From: Chrysomallon squamiferum
Taxonomy: Eukaryota > Animalia > Mollusca
DNA: 64,000 nucleotides
Direction: 5' to 3'
Assembly (NCBI GenBank): GCA_012295275.1
Contig: CM022671.1
Location: forward strand, 31,744,001-31,808,000
Part shown: piece by piece, positions 31,462 to 43,559 of the stretch
How positions within the stretch are numbered: position 1 is the first letter of the stretch
Layout: the number at the start of each line of letters is the position of its first letter
Position numbers and translations under genes: made by a program
The notes under the pieces: model-generated
Databases searched by the model: none
Told to the model about the DNA's origin: nothing
What the model saw: the letters and a program-made list of their open reading frames with translations, nothing else

Positions 31462-33535
31462 TCACAATTCCATGTTGAAAACGTAATTCTAAATAAATCT
31501 TTTATTTATTTCTGTAAAAAAATAAAAATAAAAGCCAAATTAAATTGGAAATTCGATCGCCAGAAACTTCTATTCGTCTTTTTTCCCCCTCACTTTCGTT
31601 AAATAGCCATGTCCGTTGCCATGCCAAAAACAGGAATTCTTTATTTCATCAACTCGAAGTGACAATAATCAATTTCTTAGCCAACATATGCATTACATGG
31701 GATTACGGCACTGAAAGAGATAATTCTTGGCGGGTGGTGTGTTTTCTAGCTGTGTGTTGTCTATAATAAGTGAAAAGAAATGAGAGAAAACGAAACTGAT
31801 CTTCTGTATTTAGCAAGTTGTATATATAATCTGGAATAGTGCAAACTTAAATAAAAATAATAATTAAAAAAGCAAATTTCTCTAGTTTTTGTTAAAGTAC
31901 GCGAAGTAAATTGTGATATTTCAAAGTTTACAGCTATTGTTTTTTATTTTTATTGTTTTTATTTATTTTTTGTTTGTCATCTTATGTTTTATTTTGATAT
32001 TTGGTGGTGTAATATGCTATATTATATTACATTGTATTATATTATAATATTGTATGGTAAAGTATGTTGAATTACGTAATGTTATACTATTATTACATTC
32101 AACTGTACTATACTGCATTACATTAAATTATATATTGCATCGTTCTGTGCTGCATTGCATTACATTATATTACATCATTTTATTACGTTATTTAATTTTA
32201 TAAATTATTTTTTAAATACTGCTTTTCTACAGGCGTTTATTTACTACGCACTCTTCACTTTCACTGATTCATTCAACAAAATTCATTTTTAATTTGTTTA
32301 TACCGAAGCATGTACTGGATAACATCTAATAAGCAACCCAAAATGAATGAATCTTGAATACAACCTGTATAACAAGTACACTGTCATGTCTTTGCAAATA
32401 TTAAAACAAGACCCCAACAACCTGCGTTTACTTCTCGTTTCAGTGGATAAACGGGTATTCCACAGATCTGTAAGTTAATATATCTTTCAAGCAGACGAAA
32501 CACACACTGTGTAGGCCTAAGTTTTGGAATCAGCGAACAAAACAGACTGTATTATATACAATATTCAGATTAACGAATTAAAGGCACCTATTTAACCGTG
32601 AAGCGAGATATTTATGAAATAATGTGACGATTGTTTTGGCAGCATGTCTGTGCAAGGGTATGTCTGTGTGAGTACTGGTGTGAGTGCTAGAGATAATGGT
32701 GTAAAAACAGTTTGCAGGGTAGTAATAACAAAAACTTATAGTCATAGGTTTTACTTTATTTTTTGAAACTTTTTTAAAAACATTGTTTTCAGAGTACCTA
32801 TGGGCTTTATTGAATGAATAATATAAGGTAAAAAAATTCCAGTTTTGATTATTAATTCAGATAAATATGTTTGTTTATTAAGTTCATACAAATGGTAATA
32901 GATAGCTCAGTTAAGAATTTGAGTGTGAGTTCATTATAAAGAAGCGCATTACACAAACGAAAATTACAAAACTTTGAATACTTATTTTCTTTTTTTTTTT
33001 TTTCTTCTATTCTATTCTTTCATTATTAAAATATTATTATTACTTTTTTTTTTCTTCGCTTATTAAGCTTCAAAGTCAAATTAATAAATTCTTTTAACAA
33101 CACCACTAAGCATGTTTAAATTTCTGTCATCTGCCATCAACGTTAATCATTTGATGTTTATGATTTATGATCTTCAGTTGGAATTATGTTATTATGTCTT
33201 TCAGCTGGAAGCAAAGAATTAAACACTCTTCAAAAGATACGACAGTACATACCACCATATTTGATATACACGTGGCACTTGGTGGGACGGGAAACTGACC
33301 TATGGTCCATCGATGAAAAACAGCCAAACAGTCTCTGTAGCATATAGCTCAAAAACCCGATCGAAGAAAAACAGTCAGAATGGCCGTTAAAGGAAATAAT
33401 CCAAAAGTCCAGTTTTATCGGGCCTCCGACGAGAAATACTTCAACTGGCCTCCGTCTTGAAATTACACAATGGGCAACCATTGTTTATATGTTTAATGTG
33501 TCTCGTCTCATCCGTCTCTCGAATGACTTAGAACG

Positions 33536-34561
33536 TTAGTGTGTTGCTTCATTCTCCGATTCTGTTGGTGCAAGCCACCACGGCAACGGAGCGTAGTAAC
33601 TCTTAACATCTATAGCTTGTTGCTTTCCGCTCCGGTGTTTGGAAAAGAAGCTCTTTTTTAAAGCTCTGAATTTTTTGCTGATGGTGCAGTAAAAGACGAC
33701 TTTACTACTGTCATTTACATACTGAGCAAGATCGCCAAACTGTGAAAATCTGTCAAAGTGGAAAAAATGTCTGAAGTTGCTTGACACTATGTAAAAGAAA
33801 GGGTAACCAACGATGACAGAGAGAAGGAACAAAATTCCGATTGCTACAATTGAATCCATTGGATTTTTTCTTCTTGTTGCTCTGAATCCAGTCGTTTCAG
33901 TACGTGCATCGTGTGTTGATTTCTGCCCAAAGAACATGACGATGTTCAAAAGTAAAATAACCAGTCCAGGAACAATGTAAATGACAATATTTTCCAGAAT
34001 GAAACACATCATATTATAATAGTAATACGCATTAGGTTTACGCGAGCCATCGCTGTCCTGAAACATACGGGTTCCTTCCAAATTCCTCCAAATTTCTGGG
34101 AGAGCCAACAGTGAACAAAGAATTGCTATAAACGCAATGAGAAACTTTGCCGTTCGTCTGGAGCACAGCGTCACATACCTCAGCGGCTTGAACAGCGCAA
34201 CACACCTGTTTATTGTAACCACGACCGTCAGAAATGACGTCCCGTACACCGAAAACTTCGCCATCGTTGTAACGATGAAAAATACGAATTTATAATCGCG
34301 AATCAATGACAGAACTCCGACGTTTAAAACAAAGAGCAGACCAATGGATTTGGAAAACAAGTACAAGCTGTCTACACACGCCAGAAAAGTCAGGTACAAC
34401 GATGTCGACGCCTTCTCTTCGTCTGACGACCAAATAACGCTTGAGAAAATGTTTCCTGCGATCCCGGCGACGGCGATTGCAATCAACGTGTACGTCAACT
34501 CTTTTGGGGCTTCGTCAAGCATTTGCAAGGTGTCGTTGCTTCCAGTTTGTTCCTCAGCCAT
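33536..34561 (-). CDS. Class A (rhodopsin-like) GPCR with single-exon CDS, FMRFamide-receptor/Srw-like orphan, 341 aa
   Basis: Seven hydrophobic segments: GIAGN (TM1), YLTFLACVD (TM2), TINRCVALFKPLRY (TM3), LLALP (TM4), YIVPGLVILLLN (TM5), GYP (TM6), NDSSKVVFYC..SKKFR (TM7/H8). The ATG at 34561 directly follows a ttgcag acceptor. Confidence 0.9.
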   Translation of the reverse strand: MAEEQTGSNDTLQMLDEAPKELTYTLIAIAVAGIAGNIFSSVIWSSDEEKASTSLYLTFLACVDSLYLFSKSIGLLFVLNVGVLSLIRDYKFVFFIVTTMAKFSVYGTSFLTVVVTINRCVALFKPLRYVTLCSRRTAKFLIAFIAILCSLLALPEIWRNLEGTRMFQDSDGSRKPNAYYYYNMMCFILENIVIYIVPGLVILLLNIVMFFGQKSTHDARTETTGFRATRRKNPMDSIVAIGILFLLSVIVGYPFFYIVSSNFRHFFHFDRFSQFGDLAQYVNDSSKVVFYCTISKKFRALKKSFFSKHRSGKQQAIDVKSYYAPLPWWLAPTESENEATH

Positions 34562-35225
34562 CTGCAACAGAAGAGCAAGATAATTACGTCGTGTTAAGCA
34601 GTCGACAAAAAGCTTATTTTACAGCTTGCGTTGTTTTAGTGTATGGATTTATTGGATTCCGGCTTATCCGTTTTAATTTGTCAGTTTACGTTCAGGCCGT
34701 TAAGCAAAAAATGAATTTTATGGGGGCTTTGAGGTCTAGTTGTTTGAGGATTATATTACTGTTATATGCATATAAAATTAAAATTTGAAAATTTTGAGCT
34801 CTTCGCCTTCTGTTCTATTTGTCATATTACGATTTCTGTAATTAATATATTACTGAAAGGTTTTCTGTCTTCGCTTACAAGAATAATCAAAATTTCTTAT
34901 AAATTAATTTGTTGAAAGTTTAAGTCCTTTTAGGAAGGAGAATTTCATAATTTTTTATAATCACTGTCTTGAAAAGTAATATATTTTTTGTATATACCAC
35001 ACTGTTAAATAAAAATAAAATATGGTCTCAAATTTTCTCCTCGTTTCCAAAATACTTACGTCAAATTAAATCAAGTCTGTTACACTCGCATGATTTTGAT
35101 AGATTCAGTGTTGTGAATGAAAGAAAGCTTTGTGCGTTCTCTGCAATCATCAACAATATTTTTTTATTTTTTGGATGTTTTCTGAAAAGACGAGAAAAAT
35201 ATACGAGTTTTAAAATTATTTATTT

Positions 35226-35268
<43 letters not shown>

Positions 35269-35871
35269 CAGAAAATTAAAAAGAAAAAAGTTAAAACAGA
35301 AAAAAAAAAAAAATAACAAGAATAAAGAAGAAAACAGAAATTAAACAAATATCGAGATACAAATTTAACTAAAATAAAGAATAAATTGAATTATATGTCA
35401 ATCTAACCAGATGGCTTTGAATCTGAGAATTCGTGATATATGCTGTCCTATCCTGAAACGTAAATAAAAGATCCCATCTTGGTAATGGAAAAATGTAGCA
35501 TGTTTAGTCTGAAGACCCAAACTGTAGACACGATATAGCCGATGGCAGACAGTTAATCAATGCAGTTGTTAAATACGAGAGATTTCTGAACAGTTTTTTT
35601 AACAGCTGTTTATTGGATATCGAATATTTGGCAGTTTGAGACATAGACAAAACTCGATTTTCCGTTTACATCTAGGAATATTTATAATCTTTTCAACAAT
35701 GTGTCACTTGTGAAGCATTGTTAGAATGGAAAAAGCACTTTAAATACAATAACAACAACAGAAAGAAAAAGAAGAATAGGAACAAAAACAAAAACAATAA
35801 TAATAATAACAATAACAATAACAACAACAACATCAATATCAAGAATAAGAAAAACAACAATAATAACAATA

Positions 35872-35911
<40 letters not shown>

Positions 35912-36010
35912 CAACAACAACAATAACTTCAACACCTGTAACGATAATGACATTAATATTAACAAAATAAACTACAACCCACCAGCACCACAGATCAATC
36001 GCATTCTCAC

Positions 36011-36130
36011 CTGACAAAATGAACGCTGTCGTCTGCATCCGCGCTGCACAACTGGGATACTCTGGCCAACAACGTCTCATCAGTCAGACGCAAAGGCTTA
36101 TGGGAAAGGATGTCAAAACATATTGATTTT
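36011..36130 (-). promoter_or_regulatory. Candidate non-coding first exon of the GPCR
   Basis: Minus-strand donor CAG|GTGAGA (exon edge 36011) in a CpG-containing patch 1.4 kb upstream of the acceptor that precedes the GPCR ATG. Confidence 0.4.
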
Positions 36131-36669
36131 ATCGCAACGTATTGGAAACTGACGCATATTAGGTAATTTGTTCAAATAACAAACAAATAATACATGATAA
36201 AACCCCGTCTTCGTTGATAGAGAAATACTAATTGAAGACTGCACCAGCGAAGCAGCAGCAGTAGTAGTAATAGTAGCAGTAGTGGTGATATAATCCGTAA
36301 TCATAATAATACTATTGTTACTATCACTACAGTCACAGCTACTACTTTCGTTGTTGTTGTTGTTATTATTGTTATTGGTTGTTATTATCATCATCATTAT
36401 TTTTATTTATTTTTATTTATTTATCTACCTATCTAACCTACCTGTTTATTCTATACATATAGTTTTATGATATCAAGAAGTTTTATATTGCCTCATATGT
36501 AAATGATTTGTACTTTTTGATAGTTTCTTGTAAATGGTCTAAGGTGATGTATTTTATATAATTATTGTGAAAAATGTATTGGGTCTAATGTCATTTGGAC
36601 GCTTAACAATTTCAGACGCATATTTCAGAGTATGAATAAATGAAGAAACCGATATTTCATATTATTTAT

Positions 36670-36712
<43 letters not shown>

Positions 36713-37329
36713 GTAAGTTAAGTTACAATGTTACTTTCTTTTATATAAATAAAGTTGTATATAAGTATTTAAAAAGTTGTAAAAATACAGATAACAGTGG
36801 ATTTCATTTATAACTGGTTAAACAAGATATACATAATTTTTGTGCCCAAGTAAAACTGAAAGAAACATACATTTGTTTTAAATTATCATCTTGCCTCCGT
36901 GTTTGTTTATTAGCATCAGTATGATCATCATCATTATTATTTTTATTTATTTATCAACATCATCATCATAATTATAAACATCATCATAATTTATATATTT
37001 ACTTTAAATTTTTTTAAAATAAACTTCTTTTTTTCTTTCTTTATTTTTTTCTTTATTTTTTATTTGAGATATTGGCCGATTTGATTGCTTATAATCATAA
37101 TTTATTTGATACACTTCAACAGTGATTATAACAGCCTTTGATAATATGAATTATTTATTCAAGGAGAATCACTCCGTTTTACGATAAATCTGTAGTGGTC
37201 TTTTTTTTTTTTTTTTTTTTGAGAAAGTTATGTAATAAGTATGTAATAAATCGTGTTTTTTCCATGAAAGAAACTGTCCGGATTAATCTGCATAATGAGA
37301 ATGACAGAGATCCAGACGAGAGCTTGTAA

Positions 37330-37714
37330 ACGTTCAGAATAACTAAATGTGACAAACTGGCGAGGCGTCGCGCTCAGTGGAACGGGGTAATAGAGGATCT
37401 TCCACCTTCCATACTGGACACCCGTGTATACGAACTCCCTTGTCCTGTAATAGACAAGTTAGGTCTGATGTTGTATAACGACGGACGAGGGGAGTCGGGG
37501 AACTGGGAGGGGCTGGCCGAGGAGCTGGGGATCACGACAGTTTCCGAGCTGGAAGCAGTACGACGTCGTGCGCAGGTGGAGAAGACGTTTCCAGGGTGTT
37601 GCCTGCTGAAGGACTGGATGGCAGGGGAAGGAAAAACTGTTTACGTTTTACTGAGAGCTTTGAAATCACAGCGAAGACTGGACTGTTTGGAATTCCTCGT
37701 TCAGAAATGTCAAG
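37330..37714 (+). CDS. Death-domain exon (MyD88/IRAK/MALT1-type fold); start and downstream exons uncertain
   Basis: Open frame ..TRVYELPCPVIDKLGLMLYNDGRGESGNWEGLAEELGITTVSELEAVRR..PGCCLLKDWMAGEGKTVYVLLRALKSQRRLDCLEFL shows the DD pattern WxxLAxxLG / LLxxW / TVxxLLxAL / RxD. It ends at a strong donor AAG|GTAAGA (37714/37715). Confidence 0.8.
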
Positions 37715-40700
37715 GTAAGATTTACGACTGTTTACGCTTTATATATATGTATATTACTTAAAAATTAAAATTAAATAACACTTCCATGCTAGTCTTGAAT
37801 GAAACAAATTTCTGTTAAAGATAAAACATTAGTCTGTTACTCATACAAATCATACAAGACTAATGAGCATTAATCACAACAATTAGAGTACACACAGCAC
37901 TGAAGCAGAAATCAATCAATCATTGTCATCAGCAGGATCGAATTTGTCTATAACAATAATCACAGTAACATTATAAATACTTCATAGTGGTGACAGGAAC
38001 GTCTCAAAAACATGTTTCATTCAAAATATGTGTATATACACACGTACACAAACAGTATACACATATATATTATATGCATTCATATATACACACATACGTA
38101 CATTTTGTTATCAAGTATGGAACTGTGCTGCTTTTTTATTTTTATTTTTTTTATTTCACAAAATCGAAAAATGCTATAAAATATATTCTTTTTGACACCA
38201 TGATCATGACATACTGTTAATTTGAAATTTTAGTTTACATTTGTTTTTTCAAAAGTAAAATAAAACTGCTGAAGTAATGTTGTTGTTTTTTTTTTTTGTT
38301 TTTTTTGACAGAGGTTGTAAAATGGAAGATGAATTTTTACTGAACATAAATGATCTTAGTAAAAGGACAAAAATATGGAAATGTAATTTTCATTTTTTTT
38401 AATGCAGTTTATTAAAGATTATTAAAAAAGAATGTTAATAATAAAAAATACATTATTTACATTTCTTTGAATTAAATATGCTCAATATTTTTTTTAATAT
38501 TTTTTTTCTGTGCAATCTAAACAATTTAAAACCCACAATTATTATTTATTTGAAATTACTTGTTGTTTTAAAATGATAAAAAGCAATAAGATTGCACAGA
38601 AGTGCAACTCAAAACTTTCTTTGAGATACATAAATTCATTTTTAATTAATTAGTAAATGTATCCTTGTGGCAATTCCTACTTGTTTGTTTGTGTTAATAA
38701 ATTTCATCTAAACGTTCTTAGGTACCATATACTAGCTTTTTAGTATTTAGTTACTTTTAGTTAATAGTTTTTATTGTTGTGCATGTTTTATAAAATCATG
38801 TGTAAATATTAATTGTTACAGTAAAACTTTTTTCCTTAAACATTCATTTTCATAAATACAACTCAGTTAAAATGTGTACGTGTGTGTGTATATATCTGTG
38901 ACAGTGGGTGTATGTGTGCGTGTTTTGTGTTTATTATGTCTGTGTGTGTGTGTGTTTTGTATGTGTTTGTGTGTGTGTGTTTTGTATGTGTTTTGTGTGT
39001 GTGTGTGATAAATCTCAGTATTTTACCTGTATATTTACAGATTGTTTTCAAGGTTATAAGGGAACAGAAAACATGAGTGTTTAAATAAGTATAAACATAA
39101 TGTTGCTTGTACATATATGTTTATGTATAGATAAATAAATAACAGTATTGACACAGACACATACATGTGTAAAATAATGTAACTGTATAAATATATACAA
39201 ATGTTTATTTTTTAAGTTCACATCATGGTTCATAATAACTCCTGTTTTTGTTTGTTTATTTGTTTTTCTTTTGTCTGCTTATTATATATTTATATCTATT
39301 TGTATACCATGACATTTTCTGTTATAGCTATATGTATTGAAAATTCATTTGTTTTAAAAAAAATATGTAATAACAATTTATAAAATAGGATCTCAAGTTT
39401 GTTTCTTATAAATACCATTTAATCTAAAGCACTAATTATTATATTTATCTTAACTGCTAAATTAATTTATAATTTTATTTTTGATATAAAATCTTTATTA
39501 TATGTATTCAAATTTATAATTTTTTTTTTCATTTGTCAGTTCAGAAATTGAGTTAATAAATATTTCAACTCAACTTTAAATTTATTAATCGAAAATGCTA
39601 ATTAATTTAAACATTGTATTTATCTAAACATTTAATAAAATTTTAATAACAATATTACATTTAAAAAGACTATTAATTAAAATTTAATTTAGAAACTATA
39701 TTAAAGCCCAATTTGTTTTTACTTCTGTCTCAAGCGTTATTTTTTTTTTTTTCTTTCTTTCTTTCCTTATTTTTAAGCAAATAATAATACACTGAGTATC
39801 ATTAAAAGCAGCATTTATACATACGTCACACTATGTGTGTGTGTGTGTGTTGCAATTATTACTGAAAGGATCATGCATTTTCTTTCTGACAGTTTAAAGT
39901 GGCTTAAATGAGAAAAGTAGGATTATTTTAGGATTATTTTTAGCAGTGTAATAATAAAAACAAATACATATATTATTTCTAATGATTAGTTTAGATATAG
40001 TTAGATATATTATTTAAGTTCAGAATAGTTTATGTGTGTGTAATGCTAGTTCCTAGAATCATTTTGCAGTAGAGTGGGTGCAAGTAAATTTTCTTTTTTC
40101 AGATCCTGACTTCCAGATTTATTTTTATTATTATTTTTTTGTTATTATTTTTAATGTTTGTATAATCAGAAAACTTTACTATTAATTAGAAAATATTCGT
40201 TTGATCATTTCATTTTACAAACAAAATTGTATAAATCTTAAGTACCATTCATTTATATCTGCTTATGAAATTTGTTCTAATTAAAATGTGTTATCTGTAT
40301 AGACTTAAACATCTTGTAACTAATTGAAAAGTTCTTGATATATATATATATATAATAAAATTTTAACAATTATATGTGAAAAAGAAAATAAAGATATACA
40401 TAGGATGTTTAATATTATTTTCTCCAATTTTTATGTCATATATAGGCAGGGAAGTATAAATACCCTTAAAATATCTTGAAATGGACAACTTTATTAAATG
40501 ATTTTAAAGTTCATAATGTATACATAAAATAAAGATAAAGATTACTAGTGTTATTTAATTTTATTTTCTCAAATTTTTATCAGCCTATATTTTATCATAT
40601 CCTGTATGAAATTACAGATACATGTGAAGTACCTCACAATGAAACATTCCTGTTAACAACTGCCAGTTTACAGTGAGAAACCTAAGTTGTAATGTCGCTG

Positions 40701-41080
40701 TTTTTGTTACTGAAAAAAGCCCACTTAAATTGTGATAAATAAATCAAAACCTCAAGTGCTCTTTGTAAATGGTGAATAATTTTTACAGATTATTTATCAG
40801 TTTGCATCAAAAGTTTTCCATGTTAATGATATGAACATTATGCAAGTAATACCAAGCAGTGAATATTGCAGTCAGATTAATTTTTTTTTAAATTTTATAT
40901 AAGATTACAATCAGTTTTGTGTTTTCTATGTTGTCAAAAAGCAAAGACATTTTCTTCCAGTACTTTATTCAGTTAATGTTATCATCTGTTTGAAATATAA
41001 TCTCAAAAGTGGCTAAAGATTCTTAGTCAAAACTATTTGTATACAAAACATTATATCATGTACAAAATATTAATGTCACA

Positions 41081-41155
41081 GCACTTGTACAGTGAGTTAA
41101 TTTTGACTGACTCAGATAACTTGATATCCTGGTTCAAATCCTGTTAGTGGAGGTT
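41081..41155 (+). mobile_element. Possible decayed tRNA-derived SINE head
   Basis: B-box-like GGTTCAAATCC (41131-41141) about 40 nt downstream of an A-box-like gtacagtgagttaa. A second copy lies at about 63297-63370 inside the duplication. Confidence 0.3.
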
Positions 41156-42488
41156 CTGTATACTTCTAATTTATAAAAACTGGGTGAATGGTTTCATTTC
41201 AAAGTGATTTATTAAATTAAAAACTGTTTATAATGTGCATGTATCACAGACATTTAAAATCAATACAAGTGGCTGTTACATATTTTAACCATGTAATTAG
41301 TTTACACCATTGCTTCTTTTATTTATTTGTTTTATTTAGTCTAAAATCAACTTACAAAGCCTGTGATTAGTTCATTTATTTTTGCTAAAAATCAATGTTT
41401 GCCTTGCATTTGTATGTTGTGTGTCATATACGATCAAAATGTATGTGTCTTTAAAAAATCTGATTTCATGTTACTATTGGTCACAGAACATCAGTGTTTA
41501 AAAAGTAATGTTGAAATTTAATTATTTTCTTATTTTTATTCCTGTTTTGTTTTTAAATATATTTAATAAAAGGGTACTTTGAACTTTCATTTTTTTTCCA
41601 TTATATTTTATTTTATTAATTATTAGGCTTAAGGGGTGTTTTCTATTTATTATTACTACGACTACAACTACTACGACTACCACCACTACTGGTACTACTC
41701 TTTTATTTACTTATTTTGTTATTTACTTATTTTTATTTTTATCTTTTTAATGTTTTTGTTTTGTGAGGGTGAACAGAGGTTTTTTATTATTTATTATTTC
41801 TTTGTTATTCACTGAACACACTCTGACTGTATTATATTCTGTAAAGTTTATATAGCTGTGTATAACTTTTAGTTTTCCTTGAAGTGTTTAGAAACAAGAT
41901 TGTTTTACCAGTCTATTTATTTTATTCATATCTAAAACAAGGCATTGTTTTATATATTGTATGTATATAATTTCACATACTGGATTTTTGTTTTAAAAAT
42001 CACAATATTGCCTTGAACCAGAAACAGTGCTGAATCAAAAATCAAAAATTGTGAAGCCTGCTTTCATGTTACAAGAATAGGTTTATATGTAGATATATGT
42101 AAGATACATTAAATCATGATATTAGTGTGTAAAAATAAATGCAAAAAATAAATTAATAAAATAATAATAATTTTAAAATGAGTAATTGATACATATATAT
42201 ATGTTTTACTTCATCTCCCTTTCCACATTTTTTTCCTTTAATATAGAAGATTTATTTTTTATTATTATTTTTTTTATTTTTCAGTTTTTTTTTATAAATT
42301 AAGAAACAAAGATTTATTTTTTTTAATTTTTTTTTTCCACATGAAGTCATGATTCAAATGTATGTCAGTAAACAACATGAATGGAAACTATTTTTGATTG
42401 TTATAAACATCAAATTAGTTTGTGTACTATGCACTTGGGTAAAAATATTAACTGCTTAACATCAATAAATATATTTTATTTAATGTTG

Positions 42489-42519
<31 letters not shown>

Positions 42520-43559
42520 TTATTACGCTGTATAAGTGATATTTTTCTATTCTAACTGTATTAAATATGGTTTGTGCCCTACAGTTTTTAAAAATAAATT
42601 TAAAACAGCTGATGTACTTAATGTTGCACAATGTTTTCTTAAGTTCTTGTCTTATATTAAGTTAAAATCTTAAATTGTTACAAGTGACCAATATTCCTGC
42701 TTTTCTTATGCACAGTCATATGTACAGGAACACATTTGAAAGCTACACTGGTAACTTTAATAATTATGTATGGAAACAGACCAAAACATATTAAAAAATA
42801 TACCAAAATTGAGGAAACAAGTCCAGAAAAATAAACTTGTATTTTTCTGATATATAATAGTAAATAAAATGTGTTTAATTCATGGTTAAGTAAAATCCTT
42901 TATATCTTGCCAATTTTTCCCCTAATACACATTTTTTTCTCAGCTCTTAAACATTTCTGAGAACAAGAAATGAAAGGTTTGTAATTAAAAACTGGGTAGT
43001 TCATTACAGTTCTAAAAACAAAATGATGTAAATAATTTTGTAAAATGTTTAACAAAATAGATCTGAAATCCAACAGATTATAAATTTACACAGAAATTGA
43101 TTAAAAACAAAAACCAATGATATTCTGGAATTTATCCCAATTCCTTACTTTTTTATAGAGTGATTTCAGATCAAAATACCATTTTAAATTAAATCAGCAA
43201 ATTAATTAAAAGTAATAAAATTACATTAAATTCAACAGGTCTTTGTCTTTTTCATGTTTATTAGTGAATATGGATGTTACAAGTGTTATCAGAATATATA
43301 AAACCACGCATAAATATAGATAAAGCAAAACAAAATTAATATTTCAATTCTTCTGAAGTAACAATTATATAATTTTTATGAAGTGCATAATGAACTTGGA
43401 AAAGAAATTAACACAAGTTTATTATAAAATGCTATAAATAATTATAAAACGAAAAAAGAAAGAGATAACAGAATTGTTAGAATTATTTAATATATCTATA
43501 ATTATAATGTCTGCTAAACTATCTGGAATGAATATTGAAAGTGAAACAAAAAATGTTTG

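Larger units (their letters stand above)
35700..41720. repeat. Segmental duplication, copy 1 (collinear direct match to 61490-64000)
   Basis: Matching blocks: 36001-36270 with 61721-61990, 36580-36990 with 62030-62430, 39870-40390 with 62580-63030, and 40890-41720 with 63110-63960. Confidence 0.9.

Noticed and set aside
33230-33481. 83-aa ORF downstream of the GPCR
   Set aside because: It has no recognisable motif and is most simply the GPCR 3' UTR.
34344-34788. Plus-strand ORFs overlapping the GPCR, and similar antisense ORFs over the giant-gene exons
   Set aside because: They are shadow frames of real coding sequence with no independent support.
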